From Octopus vulgaris (lineage: Eukaryota): a stretch of DNA of 64,000 nucleotides. The DNA is taken from positions 47,554,001 through 47,618,000 of the forward strand of contig OX597822.1 in NCBI GenBank assembly GCA_951406725.2. Reading direction: 5' to 3'. Below are positions 36,825-49,599 of the stretch, in pieces (the stretch's first letter is position 1; each line of letters opens with the position of its first letter). Under the pieces are notes generated by a model. That model was not told the origin of the DNA, did no database searches, and worked only from the letters and a program-made list of their open reading frames with translations. The position numbers and the translations under genes are program-made.

Positions 36825-37290
36825 AGAACCGGGAAGGAAAAGGTGTTTTTATATGCCATGGCGAAAGAGGTGGTATAGTGGGTGAGATTGAAGGAGCTGA
36901 AGACAAACATTTTCTCTTTGGCCAATCCCAGATGAAAAGGAAAATAAGGGTAGAGAAGGAAATGCTGTCTTCTAATCAGTTTGCTCAAAGGTAGATGAAA
37001 GTGGTAAAAATGGTGCGAGTGAACGGGTCTGCCCTGAGCATAGGCCCGTAGTTGGAAAAAAGGAAAGAGAAAAATGCACTTGCCCCAAAAGTCAGGGTAT
37101 CCATGGGTTTTTCTATGGGTTTTTTTCCATGAGCAGCCCTCGACCGTCTCCTCCCTACTGAGGATCATACATTGTTGATTAAAAAAAAATTTTGTTAGTT
37201 TTGTTTACACGCAAAGCCCTCACGACAGCACGCACTCACATTCTTTGTTTTTCTTAATGTGAACCCTTGTGGTTAATAAAGAAATCATTA
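36825..37290 (+). pseudogene. L1/Tx1-like LINE ORF2 C-terminus and 3'UTR
   Basis: AMAKEVV*WVRLKELKTNIFS..MKRKIRVEKEMLSSNQFAQR*MKVVKMVRVNGSALS; 3' end CCCTTGTGGTTAATAAAGAAAT before (ATT)n. Confidence 0.65.
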
Positions 37291-37298
37291 TAAGCAAA

Positions 37299-37332
<34 letters not shown>

Positions 37333-37367
37333 GTTGTTGTTGTTGTTATTATTATCATTATTATTTT

Positions 37368-38620
37368 ATGTTTGACATTTTCTTTGCAATTGTACAATTT
37401 GGCTCCATGTATCACCCAGAGACTTCAAGAGAGAACGGCTTTTTCCCTAACACTTTACTCATTACTGCACTAGTTCATCTTTGATCTTGCTGCTTCTCAT
37501 TCACTACTTCTTCCCTCACTTTCTTTAACCATACTGCATCTCCATTATGATTGACTGGTTTATCCCAAATATTACTCCAGAACTTTCTAGCTCCTTCTGC
37601 ATTAGGTTTCTCATCTTCAGTACTTCGTGCTCCACTATTTATTTGGTTGTAAAATCTCCTCTGGTCTATCTCAAATAATCTATTTTGTTGATACTGATCT
37701 ATTCTTTTCTGATATCTGGAGAGCTTGCCTGGTATTGTTATGATACGCTGTTTCAACTCTTCTATTACTATCCCAAATCCTTTCTCTTTGACTAAGTATC
37801 TTTTCTTGAGGGAAGATTTGCATCTTGTGTTTCCTAACTTCTCCAGCCTCCAGGCTTCTGTTTTACTCAGATCTTGTCTTAAAGTCTTCTCTTTATTTTG
37901 TAGTCTCCTTTTCCACATTTGCTCTGTTTTAATCTTTCCCTGTGAGATATCCTGCATAGATCAATAAGTTAGTGTCTTCTGTATTTTTAGTATCTATCTT
38001 CCAGATAACAGAATCTACTTCCCTAGTCATTTCTTGTGGCTTCCTTCTTTTAATGCTAGCAATCTTTTTCTTACTTCTTTACTCATTACTTCCTGAAACT
38101 CATCTAAATTCTTCTGATCTTCCTCACTTAAACCACTTAAGTGGTTGGTGCTAATTGTCCCTTCGTGTTGGTAACGCTATTATTATATTTTCCTTTAAGT
38201 TCTTCTTTGGTTTGAGATGTATCGCTTATATTGTTGTTTGTCTTTTCCACTGCCTAGTCTTTCTTGTCCAGTCCTCTTATGATCTCTTCTACCTCCAATT
38301 CTATCATCCAATTTCTTCTCCTAATAGCATTAGCTGGATCAACTAATCTCTGCTCAGCCACTTTAAACATACCCTTCTCTACCCAAAGTGTTAACATCCG
38401 TTTTCTATAGCCCCTTCTTATAGGCTCACTTTCTAAGTAGCACTGTATCACTATCCTGTATTCTTCGCTGGTCCGCTTCCTCTTCCTTGCTCTATTATCT
38501 GCTGATGCTGTATTAGAATGACAGCTGTGGCCAGTCTGCATCTTTACTGATCCACTGACATTAAAGATCTAGCTTAGAGATTTTCGGAAACTCCTGTCTC
38601 TCATAAAGTGAGGTAAAGTA
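37368..38620 (-). pseudogene. R4/Dong-like non-LTR retrotransposon N-terminal ORF region fused to a short 3'UTR
   Basis: ORF 38254-38541 (CYLESEP..GYRKRML..EQRLVD) and ORF 37475-37957 (IEELKQRI..YQQNRLFEIDQRRFY..KFWSNIW). 37368-37435 matches the 3' end at 50260-50330 and abuts (ATT)n. Confidence 0.85.
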
Positions 38621-39027
38621 ACGTTCGTCACCATCGTCATCACCATTATTATTTCTCGACATCAGAAAGTTTCAAGCAACTTTCTATTGCATCATTTGTT
38701 GCACCTTTGTGCTGGTGGGGTAGTGTGTTTTGCATTTTGGGGGGACATGGGGAAGGGGAGGGAGATATTGTATTGTATCAGTAGGTTTTGTTAAGGGGTC
38801 TTGTATTATTATTTGCGGCGAGCTGGCAGGATCGTTAGCACGCCGGGCGAAATGCTTAGCGGTATTTCGTCAATCTTTACGTTCTGAGTTCAAATTCCGC
38901 CGAAGTCGACTTTGCCTTTCGTCCTGTGGGAGTCGATAAATTGAATACCAGTTGCGTACTGGAGTTGATCTAATCAACTGGACCCCTCTCCCAGAAAGGG
39001 TTATTGTTGTTGTTGCTGTTGTTGTTA

Positions 39028-39490
39028 TTGAGTGAGAGAGCAGTGTATACCATCAAAGTGACACTGGGGTAAAATATAGGAAGCCTAATATACCCATCAT
39101 GACTACCCCTCTGATAAGGGTACACCAGGTACCTGCATCACAACCATATGTGCGTGACAAGGTGATTTCATCTCAAGATAAATAGCGCATGACCTTGCAG
39201 ATGGGGCCCACTTAGAATGTTCTTCAGGTCCAAAGAATTCCTCTCAATACATGGCGATGATGCTCCCCTTTTACTTTTGCTCGTGATCAAAGATGCACAT
39301 ATTGTCAGCCACTAAGGGACATGGTCAACTGGTTAAGGTCAAACAACTGACAAACAAATCTGTGGTATTGAGCAGAATATTTGCTGTAGCCCATCTTTAA
39401 TGTCAAGACAGAACAATGTACATGATATCACTTCCAGTCAGTTAAGATCAGAAGCCACGAGAGACACTGCCAGGTACTGCATCAGAGCAT
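39028..39490 (-). mobile_element. Non-coding repeat family D, embedded at (ATT)n tracts; further copies at 46833-47357 and 50722-51577
   Basis: Shared GAGAGAGCAGTG..CCATCAAAGTGACACTGGGG..CTGCATCAG sequence, with different internal deletions in each copy. Confidence 0.8.
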
Positions 39491-39615
39491 TAAATTCCGA
39501 CTTTGCCTTTCGTCCTTTCGGTTCAATAAAATAAGTACCAGTTACGAACTGGGATCGATGTAATTGACTGGCCCCCTTCCCCAAATTTTCAGGCCTTGTG
39601 CCTCTGACAGAAAGG

Positions 39616-39668
<53 letters not shown>

Positions 39669-39863
39669 GCGGCGAGCTGTCAGAATCGTTAGTACACCGG
39701 GCAAAATACTTATCGGCATTTCTTCCGTCGCTACATCCTGAGTTCAAATTACGCCGAGGTCGATTGTGCTTTTCATCCTTTCAGGGTACCAATCGAACAC
39801 TGGGATCGATGTAATCGACTAATCCCCTCCAAAATTTCACGCCTTGTTCCTAGTGTAGAACGG

Positions 39864-39897
<34 letters not shown>

Positions 39898-39945
39898 CCA
39901 CCACCACCACCACCACCACCACCACAACCATCATCATCATCATCA

Positions 39946-39991
<46 letters not shown>

Positions 39992-39992
<1 letters not shown>

Positions 39993-41588
39993 TAAGACGT
40001 CGCACAGTATCCAATATCGTAATGTTGCTGATTGAAGATATTGCGTCAAGTCACAACAAGGACCTCAGACAGACAGTACTTTACGCAATATGCGTGTAGT
40101 TCTAAGTAATGCCAATTTTTGCAACACACCTAGACAGTAGGGTTTTTTTTAAAAGTTTTCAGATGTTTTTTTTTTCAGGTTGGGTGGTATTGAACCCAAT
40201 TCTCCGATGACAATCAGGACAGCCTTTATGTTTGACTCTCGTAGCTGCTCAATTCTCAGGTCTCCATATTTACCAACGTTTCTTTCAGGATAAAATGTTG
40301 ATCTCCTGGCACTGCCATATCAATTATTAGACACTTTCGTTTGTCCCTCCTAAAAGTTACAATATCCGGCCTTCGGTGCTCTGATACCTTGTCTGTCTGG
40401 AAGTCAATGTCCCAGAGAAGTTTTGCCCCCCCCCCCCTTTTTTTCGTCCATTATCTTTTCCGGTGTATGATGGTACCAAGCACCCGTTATTGCATATCCA
40501 TACTTCCGGCATAGTAGCCGATGAAGGTTTTGGGCTACTTTGTCGTGTCTGCGCTTGTACTCTTTCTGCGCAAGACTTTCACAAGTACTAACAATGTGAG
40601 TCACGATTTCGACCCTCTTCCCACACATTTTGCAGAGGTTCGTGCACTTGTGTGCTATATATCCCCTTTCACTGAGTTGGTATTTAATGCCTGATCCTAG
40701 GCAGCATTGATTAAGCTTTCAGTTTTCATTTTTAGGTCACATTTACTGAGCCACCTCCATGATGCTTCCTGATCTTTTAAGTTGTTAATTTCATGGTGGA
40801 ACTGATCATGTAATTCCATACGGAGTAGGGTTTCTTCTCTCTCCTTGGCTGCTCGTGATCAGAATTCATGAGAATTCTCAAGTCCATTTTTAGTAAGCCC
40901 TTCTGCATTAGCGGAATACTGTAGCAGGTCTTACTTGCTATTTACCAAATATTCTGCCATGTTTCTTCTTTCACTCTTGAAGCACTCCCATACGCTAATC
41001 AGCCCATGTCCACCTTTACACTTCTTCGTGTAGAACCTGTGTACGTTCGCCTTAGGGTGGAGGGCACCATGCATTGTCATTGTGTATTGAGTAGTGCGAT
41101 CAAGTTTGTTAATCTCCGCTTCTGTCCATTTTAGGATGGGTGCACTATAGCGGTCTACAGTAACAGCCCATATGTTGCTGGCAGTCACAAGTTGAGTTGA
41201 GTTTTGATTTCAAGAGAAGTTTGAGGCGCTTCAAATATGCAATGATGATCTTGTCTTTTACTTCTCTGTGCAAGATATTGTCTAGTTCCATGATCCCAAG
41301 GTACTTGTACACATCATCATCCGGGTCTTCCACTCTCTCTCTCTGTTTGGCAATTCTATGCCTCTAAATCTGCTCCTTTACCCCGTTTGAATGCGAGGAC
41401 CGTACACTTCGAGATACCAAATTCCATCCCGATATCCTTGTTGCACATCTGTGGAGTCTCAACCATCCTCTCCATTTCAGGATCTATTTTTGCGAACAGT
41501 TTAAAATCTTCCATGAAGAGAAGATGATTGAAACGAGGTCCATTCTTTCTCAGCTCACAGAGCGCTTTGACTTTGCGTAGGACAACCT
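39992..41588 (-). pseudogene. R4/Dong-like retrotransposon, 5'-truncated: RT, zinc knuckle and RLE, decayed
   Basis: FNHLLFMEDFKLFA (YMDD-equivalent), YKYLGIMELD, TMHGALHPKANVHR, C..HIVSTCESLAQKEYKRRHD, HRRPDIV; 3' end abuts (AAT)n. Confidence 0.9.
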
Positions 41589-41589
41589 T

Positions 41590-41770
41590 TATATACTGTG
41601 TATATTTCCCTACGTTTTCATTGTAAACTGTGTATAATTACTTTCTTATTTGTTATTGATTTAATTATTTTATCATTTCATTATATGTAAACCCCAACAC
41701 TTTATTGTATTGTCCTTTGTATTGTCCCCTTCATCCTTCGCCCTGGTGGATAATAAGTGAAATCGTTATA
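41590..41770 (+). mobile_element. Short retroposon 3' tail related to the L1/Tx1-like and SINE A ends
   Basis: Ends TTGTCCCCTTCATCCTTCGCCCTGGTGGATAATAAGTGAAATC, then ATT repeats. Confidence 0.5.
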
Positions 41771-41782
41771 ATTATTATTATT

Positions 41783-42570
41783 TTTGGTTTGAATTAGGTT
41801 TGGGCCTTATTCCTGATAGGAATTATGTGGGTAGCGAGTTACTACCTGTAACCTTAGGTATCCACAAGTTTTCAATAGTCTTTCAAGTGCTTAGAACCAT
41901 CCTGATAATCCTTGCTGTCTCTAAGAAACAAACTTTTGGTAGGAGCTCTACAGGGCATTCTATTCCAATCTCCTTCAGCCATTTGTCTATATCTTTGCTT
42001 ACTGTTCCCAATGCACCAGTTATTATAGGCACGACTTTGACAGTTCTCATACTCCAAATTATTCCTATTTCAAATTTTAAGGGATTGTTGTTTTTTTCTC
42101 GTCATCTTTTTTTTCCGATCTTGGAATCAAACGGGTATGATGGGTCGATCAGTGAGCAACTACACTTTTCCTTATCTATAATTGTTATGTCCGGTCTATT
42201 ATTTTCCAACTTCTTGTCCGTTTGGATAGGGAAGTCCCACAAAATCTTACATTCCTTCGACTCCAGTACCTTTTCGACCCTATGATTGTACCAGGTGTTT
42301 TCTGTTTCAAATCCCCATTTTTGGCAAAGTGTCCAGTATAAAACTTTTACAGCCTGGTCGTGCTTCCATTTCTTATACTCTTCCTGCGCCAACTTGGGGC
42401 ATTCAGTCACAATGTGTGCCGTTGTCTCGTTCCAAGTTCCACAGGGTATACATTTTTCTGACACATTCTCTCCATATATATTTTTTCTCAAGTTAGTTTT
42501 TATCGCTTGATCTTAGGCTGCTACAATTAGGCTTTCTGTTTCTTTCTTTTTTTTTTTGTCCCTTTTTTAA
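41783..42570 (-). pseudogene. R4/Dong-like retrotransposon 3' fragment: CCHC zinc knuckle and restriction-like endonuclease
   Basis: ORF 42102-42491 CIPCGTWNETTAHIVTEC..KHD..ILWDFPIQTDKKLENNRPDITII..LID; ends next to ATTATTATTA. Confidence 0.9.
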
Positions 42571-43424
42571 CCAAGCCCAGGTTGGCCTGAGGCTATAGTG
42601 GAAAATACTGGTCCCAAGTGCTGCACAATGGGATTGAACCCAAGACTATATGATTGGGAAGGAAACTTTTTTTTTCCTTTTACCACGCAACCACTCCCGA
42701 ATGTTTGCAAACATTTATTCATTTAAAAAATATTTCTGCGTGATGCACTTGTTACTAAGTATATTCCGTGCAGGCTTGAAGCGTTAGGAAGGAAAATAAC
42801 GACGGTCCTTCCTGTTTTTATCAATGTTGTTGTTAACAGGGCTAGAGTTATATTTCCTGTCCAGTTATTTGTTTTTCTGAATTATTTGTAAACATTTGGT
42901 GTGTTTTATAAGTACTTTGGAGATATCGTAAGACGCTTTTGTTTTTCAGAGCCAGTTTTGTACAGATTTGTAGCCATTGTCGTTCTCTGCAAATAAATAC
43001 TATACAACCGACAATCTAGTCATGATGTCATGTCTTTTTCTGGTATTATTTTCAGTATTAGTTCATTTCTGTATATAGGTACAGGCACCATTGTTTGGTT
43101 TGGGTTCAGGCGCGTGGTTGAGTAACTGGGGTATTCAGCTCGTGGTCATAAGGTCCTGAGTTAAATTTCCGCTGGCGCTCTGTGTTCTGGAGTAAGACAC
43201 TTTATTTCATGTTGCTCCACTCAACTCAGTTGGTACAAATGAGTGACACCTGTATTTCAAAGGGCCAGCCTTGTCACATTTTGTGCCACTTTGAATCTCC
43301 TAGAGAACTATGTTAAGGGAATGCGTGTCTGCGAAGTGTTCAGCCACTTGCACGTTAATTTCACGAGTAGGCTGTTCCGTTGACCGGATCAACTGGAACC
43401 CTTGTCGTGGTAACAGACTGAGTG

Positions 43425-43473
<49 letters not shown>

Positions 43474-44479
43474 ACCTACCCACAGATTGACAACCGATGT
43501 TGGTTTGTTTGCGTCACCTTTTCGACAAATAGAAAGATACAATAAGTACTACATTACAAATAAAATTTTAAAAAAAGAAATCGATTGGAGTCGATTTGTT
43601 TGACTAAAACCCATCAAAGCGGGGCCCCAGCATGGCTGTACAACATTAACTGAAAGATGAAAGATATTCCACCATTTTTGAAGACAATAGAGGAAGAATT
43701 AGTTACGACTCCTTGCTTTTTTGTAGTGATGGTGTAGACGGTGGAGCTAATGTTGATGGTAGTAGGTGGCACTGGTAACGATGGTGGAAACGATAATGAA
43801 GTTGGCGATGGTAGCTCTGATTAACGATGACTGAGATGATGGTGAAGATGCTAGTGATGGTGGTCATGGTGATGGTCATAGTGATGACGATGGCGGCAGG
43901 AATGGTGGTAATGATGATGATGATGAGGAGGAGGAGGAAAATGGTGGTGGTTGTGGAGGTGGAAGTGGATGTTTGTGGTGGTATCCGTGATGGTTGTAGT
44001 ATTGATAAGCTTTTCTCCTACAGGCACAAGGCCTGATATTTGGGGGTGGGGGATAGTCGATTACATCGACCCCAGTACTCAACTGGTACTTATTTTATCG
44101 ACCCCCGAAGGGATGAAATGCAAAATCGACCTCGGCGGAATTTGAACACAGAACGTGAAGCTAAGCATTTCACCCGGCGCGCTAACGATTCTGCCATTTA
44201 CTGGTAGTGACGAATTGGACGACGACGATGACGATTACGACGACTGTAGAAGAGGTGATGATGATGATGGTTGTGAAGCTGGTAGCGATGTTGATGGTGA
44301 TGTTGATGGTAATGATGATGATGAGAGTGGAGATTAAGATGCTGCTGATGCTGCTGCTGGTAGTAGTGATAATGGCAGTGGTTGATATTGTTAAATATTG
44401 TTATTATGATACTGTTGTTGTTGTTCTAACGATCTTTATTGAAGCCATTGTTGTAGCTTCTGTTCTTGTTTAGCTACAC

Positions 44480-44850
44480 TTCAACTCAGTGATCAAGCAA
44501 ATCTATGATTAAAGGCGTGCTACCCTTGACCTTCCGGTTATTTTTTAATTCACACTCTGTATTAAAAATTACAGTATCCAGTTATTTTCAAACGATAGGT
44601 TATCATTTATAGAAGATTTGACTGCTATTTCTAACGGGTCGCGTGTACTTGTTATTGAGGTTGGTGTTTTACCCCAGGTCAGTCCCCACTGAGCAAATCT
44701 ATGATCAAAGGCGTTCCAATCGTGACCATCGTGTCTTTTTCTTATATGCAGGGAACACAGGACAATATTATCCAATGGTGTGTGGTTACTAAGAGATTTG
44801 ACTGCTATGTCTAGAAAATGTTGCGACGACCTAGAAACTCCTTTGTTGGT
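44480..44850 (+). repeat. Unclassified dispersed repeat family E; further copies near 7510-7610(-), 11370-11570, 14640-14800(-), 15110-15290, 16340-17120, 33230-33400, 44920-45480, 46520-46700, 53110-53540, 53780-53960
   Basis: Recurrent CAGGTCAG..CTATGATCAAAGGC.TTCCA..TGACCATC and GAGATTTG(G/A)CTGCTATTTCTA blocks; no TIR, TSD or tail identified. Confidence 0.75.
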
Positions 44851-45023
44851 TCGTGGTCAATATTGTTTCTTTTGGTGGTAGTGATGGCGGTGTTAGCGGG
44901 ATTATGGTTGCTATTGTCTAATCCCAGATCAGCTCTGATATAGTATACCCTAAGATCGAAGGCATTCTAAAACCACGACTATCCTGTCTTTTATTGAGAC
45001 ATAATATTTCTCAGACAATACAC

Positions 45024-45440
45024 GGATCTTTTCGGTTTGAACGGCAGTTTTTTCTAGCGGTGTCATATGAAATTGTCACCCATAATTATGATCCTAGTAT
45101 CGATCTATTGCATTTCAATCTGTTTTAGGGTTAGGGTTAGGGGTGGGGGGAAGGGTATCTTTTTTCTTCACAAATGTAAATAAACCCAATCTGTTTCTTA
45201 AACGAGGGACATATTCATACGGCACAGAATGTTTTTTTACCTCAATGGACGTCAGTGATTGGTTGAAATTGCAGAAATTGAAGAAAAAAAACAACAAATA
45301 TCTTACAAATTATAGAATTTTCTCAATAAAGCCAAGAGAAAAAGATGTTCTATAAACACATTCTACCAGTATACGAAGTTCATAATTTTTTAGTTACCTA
45401 GAAATTATGTTAAAAACTGCCGTTCAAACCGAAAAGATCC
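45024..45440. mobile_element. Young MITE with perfect 29-bp TIRs and 8-bp TSD (Merlin- or hAT-like), carrying (TTAGGG)3
   Basis: TIR GGATCTTTTCGGTTTGAACGGCAGTTTTT at 45024-45052 / 45412-45440; TSD CAATACAC at 45016-45023 and 45441-45448; TTAGGG x3 at 45125-45142. Confidence 0.95.
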
Positions 45441-45651
45441 CAATACACTAAGTTGAAAGAGATTTAGCTGCTATCAGTAGCTTGAAGGGGAAGGCCGAGG
45501 GTGCGGCCCGTCCCAGGCGACACTTTTATGGGGGCGTTACTGAGGGGTCTGCTGTAGAAGCCTTTATAGAAAGCAGGGTGACGGTAAACTCAAGGGCTGC
45601 TCCGGTCGTACTTACAGTAGCGAGGCCTGTGCCCTCACTATATATATAGAG

Positions 45652-46100
45652 CAGTCATGGGAAAAACTGCGGCCCGCGGGACTTTCTGAATGGGTCGCCT
45701 AACAAAAAAAAAAAACACCTTAAATTCTCTTAGTGGTACGGCCCACCAGTTAATGTTCCATGTCCCATGCGGCCTTTTTCTCGAGAAAGGTTCCTCATGG
45801 TATTTTGTTGTTGCTGATCCAGCAGACCTATATCCAAAGATATTCTAGGTGACTATATTATCTCACTTTCAGGCATTGTGTATCTAGGGGTACATTCTCC
45901 CAATTCATTTTTGTGAGAGATTTGTTGTTTCCGGCAACTTTTTCTGACGCTGTTGATCAGTCGTGGGCAAACTGCGGCCCGCGGGATTTTTATGAATGGT
46001 AAGTCTAAGGAAAAATTATCTTGAATTTTGAAGTAGTCCGGCCTGTCTGATGATTAGTCAGGTCTCATGCGGCCCGCTTTTCAAATTAAGGGTACCCTAC
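45652..46100. mobile_element. Two hAT-Charlie-like MITE copies (about 45652-45800 and 45958-46100)
   Basis: Both start CAGTC(A/G)TGGG..AAACTGCGGCCCGCGGG and contain ATGCGGCC near the right end. Confidence 0.7.
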
Positions 46101-47356
46101 TTACCGTAGAGGGTTCACCATTGCTTCATTATGTTGTCGCTGCGATGTTTACATTAGAGAAGATACAACGCTGCTGAGGTTGTTGACTCTGCTGCTGATA
46201 GAAGTAGTAGCAGTAGCGGTAACAGCAGCAGTAGTAGTAGTAGTAGCATCAGCAATAGCAGTAGCAGCATTGCAGGTATGTGGTAGTGGTGATTGTTGAA
46301 GGGATTGCGCAGGTGGTTGATTGTTCTAATAATGATAATACTGAGGAGGAGGGGAGGAGGGGTGCAATAGTAGTAGCGGCAGCAATAGCAGCAGCAGTAG
46401 TAGTAGTAGTGGCAGTAGTAGTGGCAGTAACAGCAGTAGTGGTAGTAATGAGGATGTTAATGATGATGTTGCTTGCGCAGCTTTAATTGTAATTATTGAC
46501 ATGCTGTTGTTGTTGTTGTTCAGCCCTGGGTCAGTCCTAAACCAGGAAATTTATAATCATTCCACGATCATTCTGTCCTTTCAGATATTTGTCTCGATCT
46601 AACATTATACAATATAACTTGCTCCTTTTAAATCGGTGATTTGAGGAATATTTGCTGCTATTTCTACCTGCCCAAGAGCCTACGCAAGGCTTCAACGTTG
46701 CTTCATTTACATGTTGCCGTTGTTATAGCTGCTGTTGCTGGTGTTGTTATTGCTAATGTTGGCACTGTCTTCGTCGTCGCTAATAATAATAATAATAATA
46801 ATAATAATTATTATTATTATTATTATTATTATTGAGTGAGAGAGCAGTGCATGCCATCAAAGTGACACTGGGGTAAAATATACGAAGCCCAGTATACCCA
46901 TCATGACTATCCGTCTGATAAGGGTACACTAGGCACATTCATCACAACCATATGTGTGTGACATGGTGATCTCATTTCAAGATAAACAGTACATGATCTT
47001 GCAGGTGGGGCCCAGTTAGAATTTTCTTCTGGTCGAGTAACCCATCCTGCTCCAAGGGTCCCTGAATAAGGGTTGGTTAAAGATGTTGAACGAAACATCC
47101 ATGTTTCCAGAGGTGAATTATTCAAACTCCAAAGAATCCCTCTCAAAACATGGCTATGATGCTCCCCACTTCTTCTGCTCGTGATCAGAGGTGCACATAT
47201 CGTCAGCCACTACGGGACATGATCAACTGGTTAAGGTCAAACAACTGAAAAGCAAAACACTATACATGATAACGGTTCCAATCGGTTACGATCAGAAGCC
47301 ACGAGAGCCACTGCTTGGTACTGCATCAGGGCATGGAACTGCATCAAGGCATGGTG

Positions 47357-47440
<84 letters not shown>

Positions 47441-48549
47441 GGCGGTGAGCTGCCAGAATCGTAATGCTTAGCGGTATTTCGTTAGTCTTTATGTTCTGAG
47501 TTAAAATTCCGCCGAGGTCGACTTTGCTTTTCGTCCTTTCGGGGTCGATTAATTAAGTACCAGTTGCGTACTAGGGTCAATCTAATCGACTGGCCCCTCT
47601 CCCCAAAAATTTCGGGCCTTGTGCCTAGAGTAAGAAAAGATTTAATCGACTTATCTCCATCCCTAAAACTGCTGCCTTTCTGGCAAAATTTGAAACCATT
47701 ATCATTATTATTAAGGCAGCGAGCTGGCAGAATCGTTACATTCTGAGTTCAAATTCTGTTGGGGTCTACTTTGCCTTTCATCCTTTCGGGGTCGATAAAA
47801 TTAGCTTCCAGTTACGCACTGGGGTCGATGTAATCGGCTATTCCCTTCCACCACCAAATTTGAGGCCTTGTGCTTCCAGTAGAAAGGGTTATTATTATTG
47901 TTGTGTAAGGTGTGGAGATGGCAGAATCGTTAGCACGCTGGGCAAAATGCTTAGCGGCATTTCGTCCGCCTGAGTTCAAATTCCGCCGATGTCGATAAAA
48001 CAAGTACCAGTTGAGTACTGGGGTCAATGTAATCGACTAGCCCCTCCCCCAAAATTTCGGGACTTGTGCCTCTTTACAAAGGTTATTATTATTATTGTTG
48101 TTGAGGTGAGAGTTGATAAAATAAAAACTGGCACTCCGTCGGTTACGACGACGAAAACTCCCGGCGATCTGATCAACGGATCAGCTTACTCGTGAAATTA
48201 ACGTATAAGTCGCCGAGTACACCACGGAGACACGTACTCTTAACGTAGTTCTCTGAGGGAGATTCAGCGCGACACAGAATGTGACAAGGCTGGCCCTTTG
48301 AACTTCGTGTACACCTCAGTTTTGCCGGGTGAGTGAAGTGGAGCAACGTAAATTAAAGTGTCTTGCTCAAGGACACAACATGCTACCGGGGATCGAACTC
48401 ACGACCTGACGATCGTGAGCCGAATACACTAACCACCAAGCCAAGCGCCTTCTCATAAAATAGTTAGCAGTTGACAAAATAAGTACCAGTCAAATACCAG
48501 GGTCAATGTAATCGACTAATTTCGACCCCTCATAATTGCTGACTTTGTG

Positions 48550-48740
48550 CTAAAATTTGAAGATTTGAAAGAGAATTTCAAAAAATTGAAAATTTGAAAA
48601 ATTTGAAAAGTTGAAAAATCTGAAAACTTAAAAAATTTGAAAAGTCGAAAATTTGAAACAAAATTCAAAAATTTGAAACAAAATATGAAAAATTTTTAAA
48701 TTTGAAAATTTCAAACAAAATTTGAAGCCAAATTTGAGCT
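48550..48740 (+). repeat. Degenerate (AAAATTTGAA)n tandem repeat expanded from a SINE A tail
   Basis: Follows TTGTGCTAAAATTTGAAG of a SINE A copy; many 8-12-nt variants. Confidence 0.8.
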
Positions 48741-49599
48741 ATAATTGTCGTGAAGGCAGTGAACTAACAGAATCGTTAGCGCGTCGGACAATATGCTTAG
48801 CGGCATTATTTTAGGTTCTTTACGTTGTAAGTTCAAATACCGTGGAAGTCAACTTCGCCTTTTCATCCTTTCGAGATCGATAAAATGTAGAACCAATCAG
48901 GTAATCAATTATCCCCTTCTTTCGAGAATTGCTGGCCTTATGCCAAAATTTGAAATAGTTATTCTTATTATTTTTGTTGTTGCTGAGGCGGCGATCTTAC
49001 AGAATCGTCAGCACGCCGGACAGAACGCTTAGTGGCATTTTGTCCGGCTTTACGGTCTGAGCTTAAATTCCGCTGAGATCGAGTTTGCCTTTCATACTTT
49101 CAGGGTCGATAAAATGAAGTACTAATTTAGCAGTGGAGTCGATGTAATCGCCTAGACCCTCCCCTAAAAAATCTCACCGCCATCATCGTCGTCGTCGTCG
49201 TCGTCGCCCTCGTTGTCGTCGTCATCGTCTTTGCCGCCGTCCTCACCGTTGTCATTGCTATCCTCCCCCTTACAACCACCACCGCCGCCATCAACGTCAC
49301 CATTACCACTACCATCATCATCATCGTCTCGTCGTCGTCATCGTAATCCTCATCAACAACGACAGCAACAACAGGATCACGAATAACAACAACAATAGTA
49401 GCAACAGCACTAACAACAATCACAGTAACATGAACAACGAAAAGTCAACGAAAGAATCTTCACCTGGTCAGGCGATCTGGAAAATTAGCAGCAAAAAGCT
49501 TCTTTAAATTATCTTCTGTCGTTATTTTGAAAGTAGAAGATAAAAGATGTAGTCATGTTTCTGTGTAGGGATGTTTCTGTGTAGATGAACACTGAGATA

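Noticed and set aside
45125-45142. Telomere or chromosome-fusion scar
   Set aside because: Only three units, internal to a MITE with intact TIRs and TSD.
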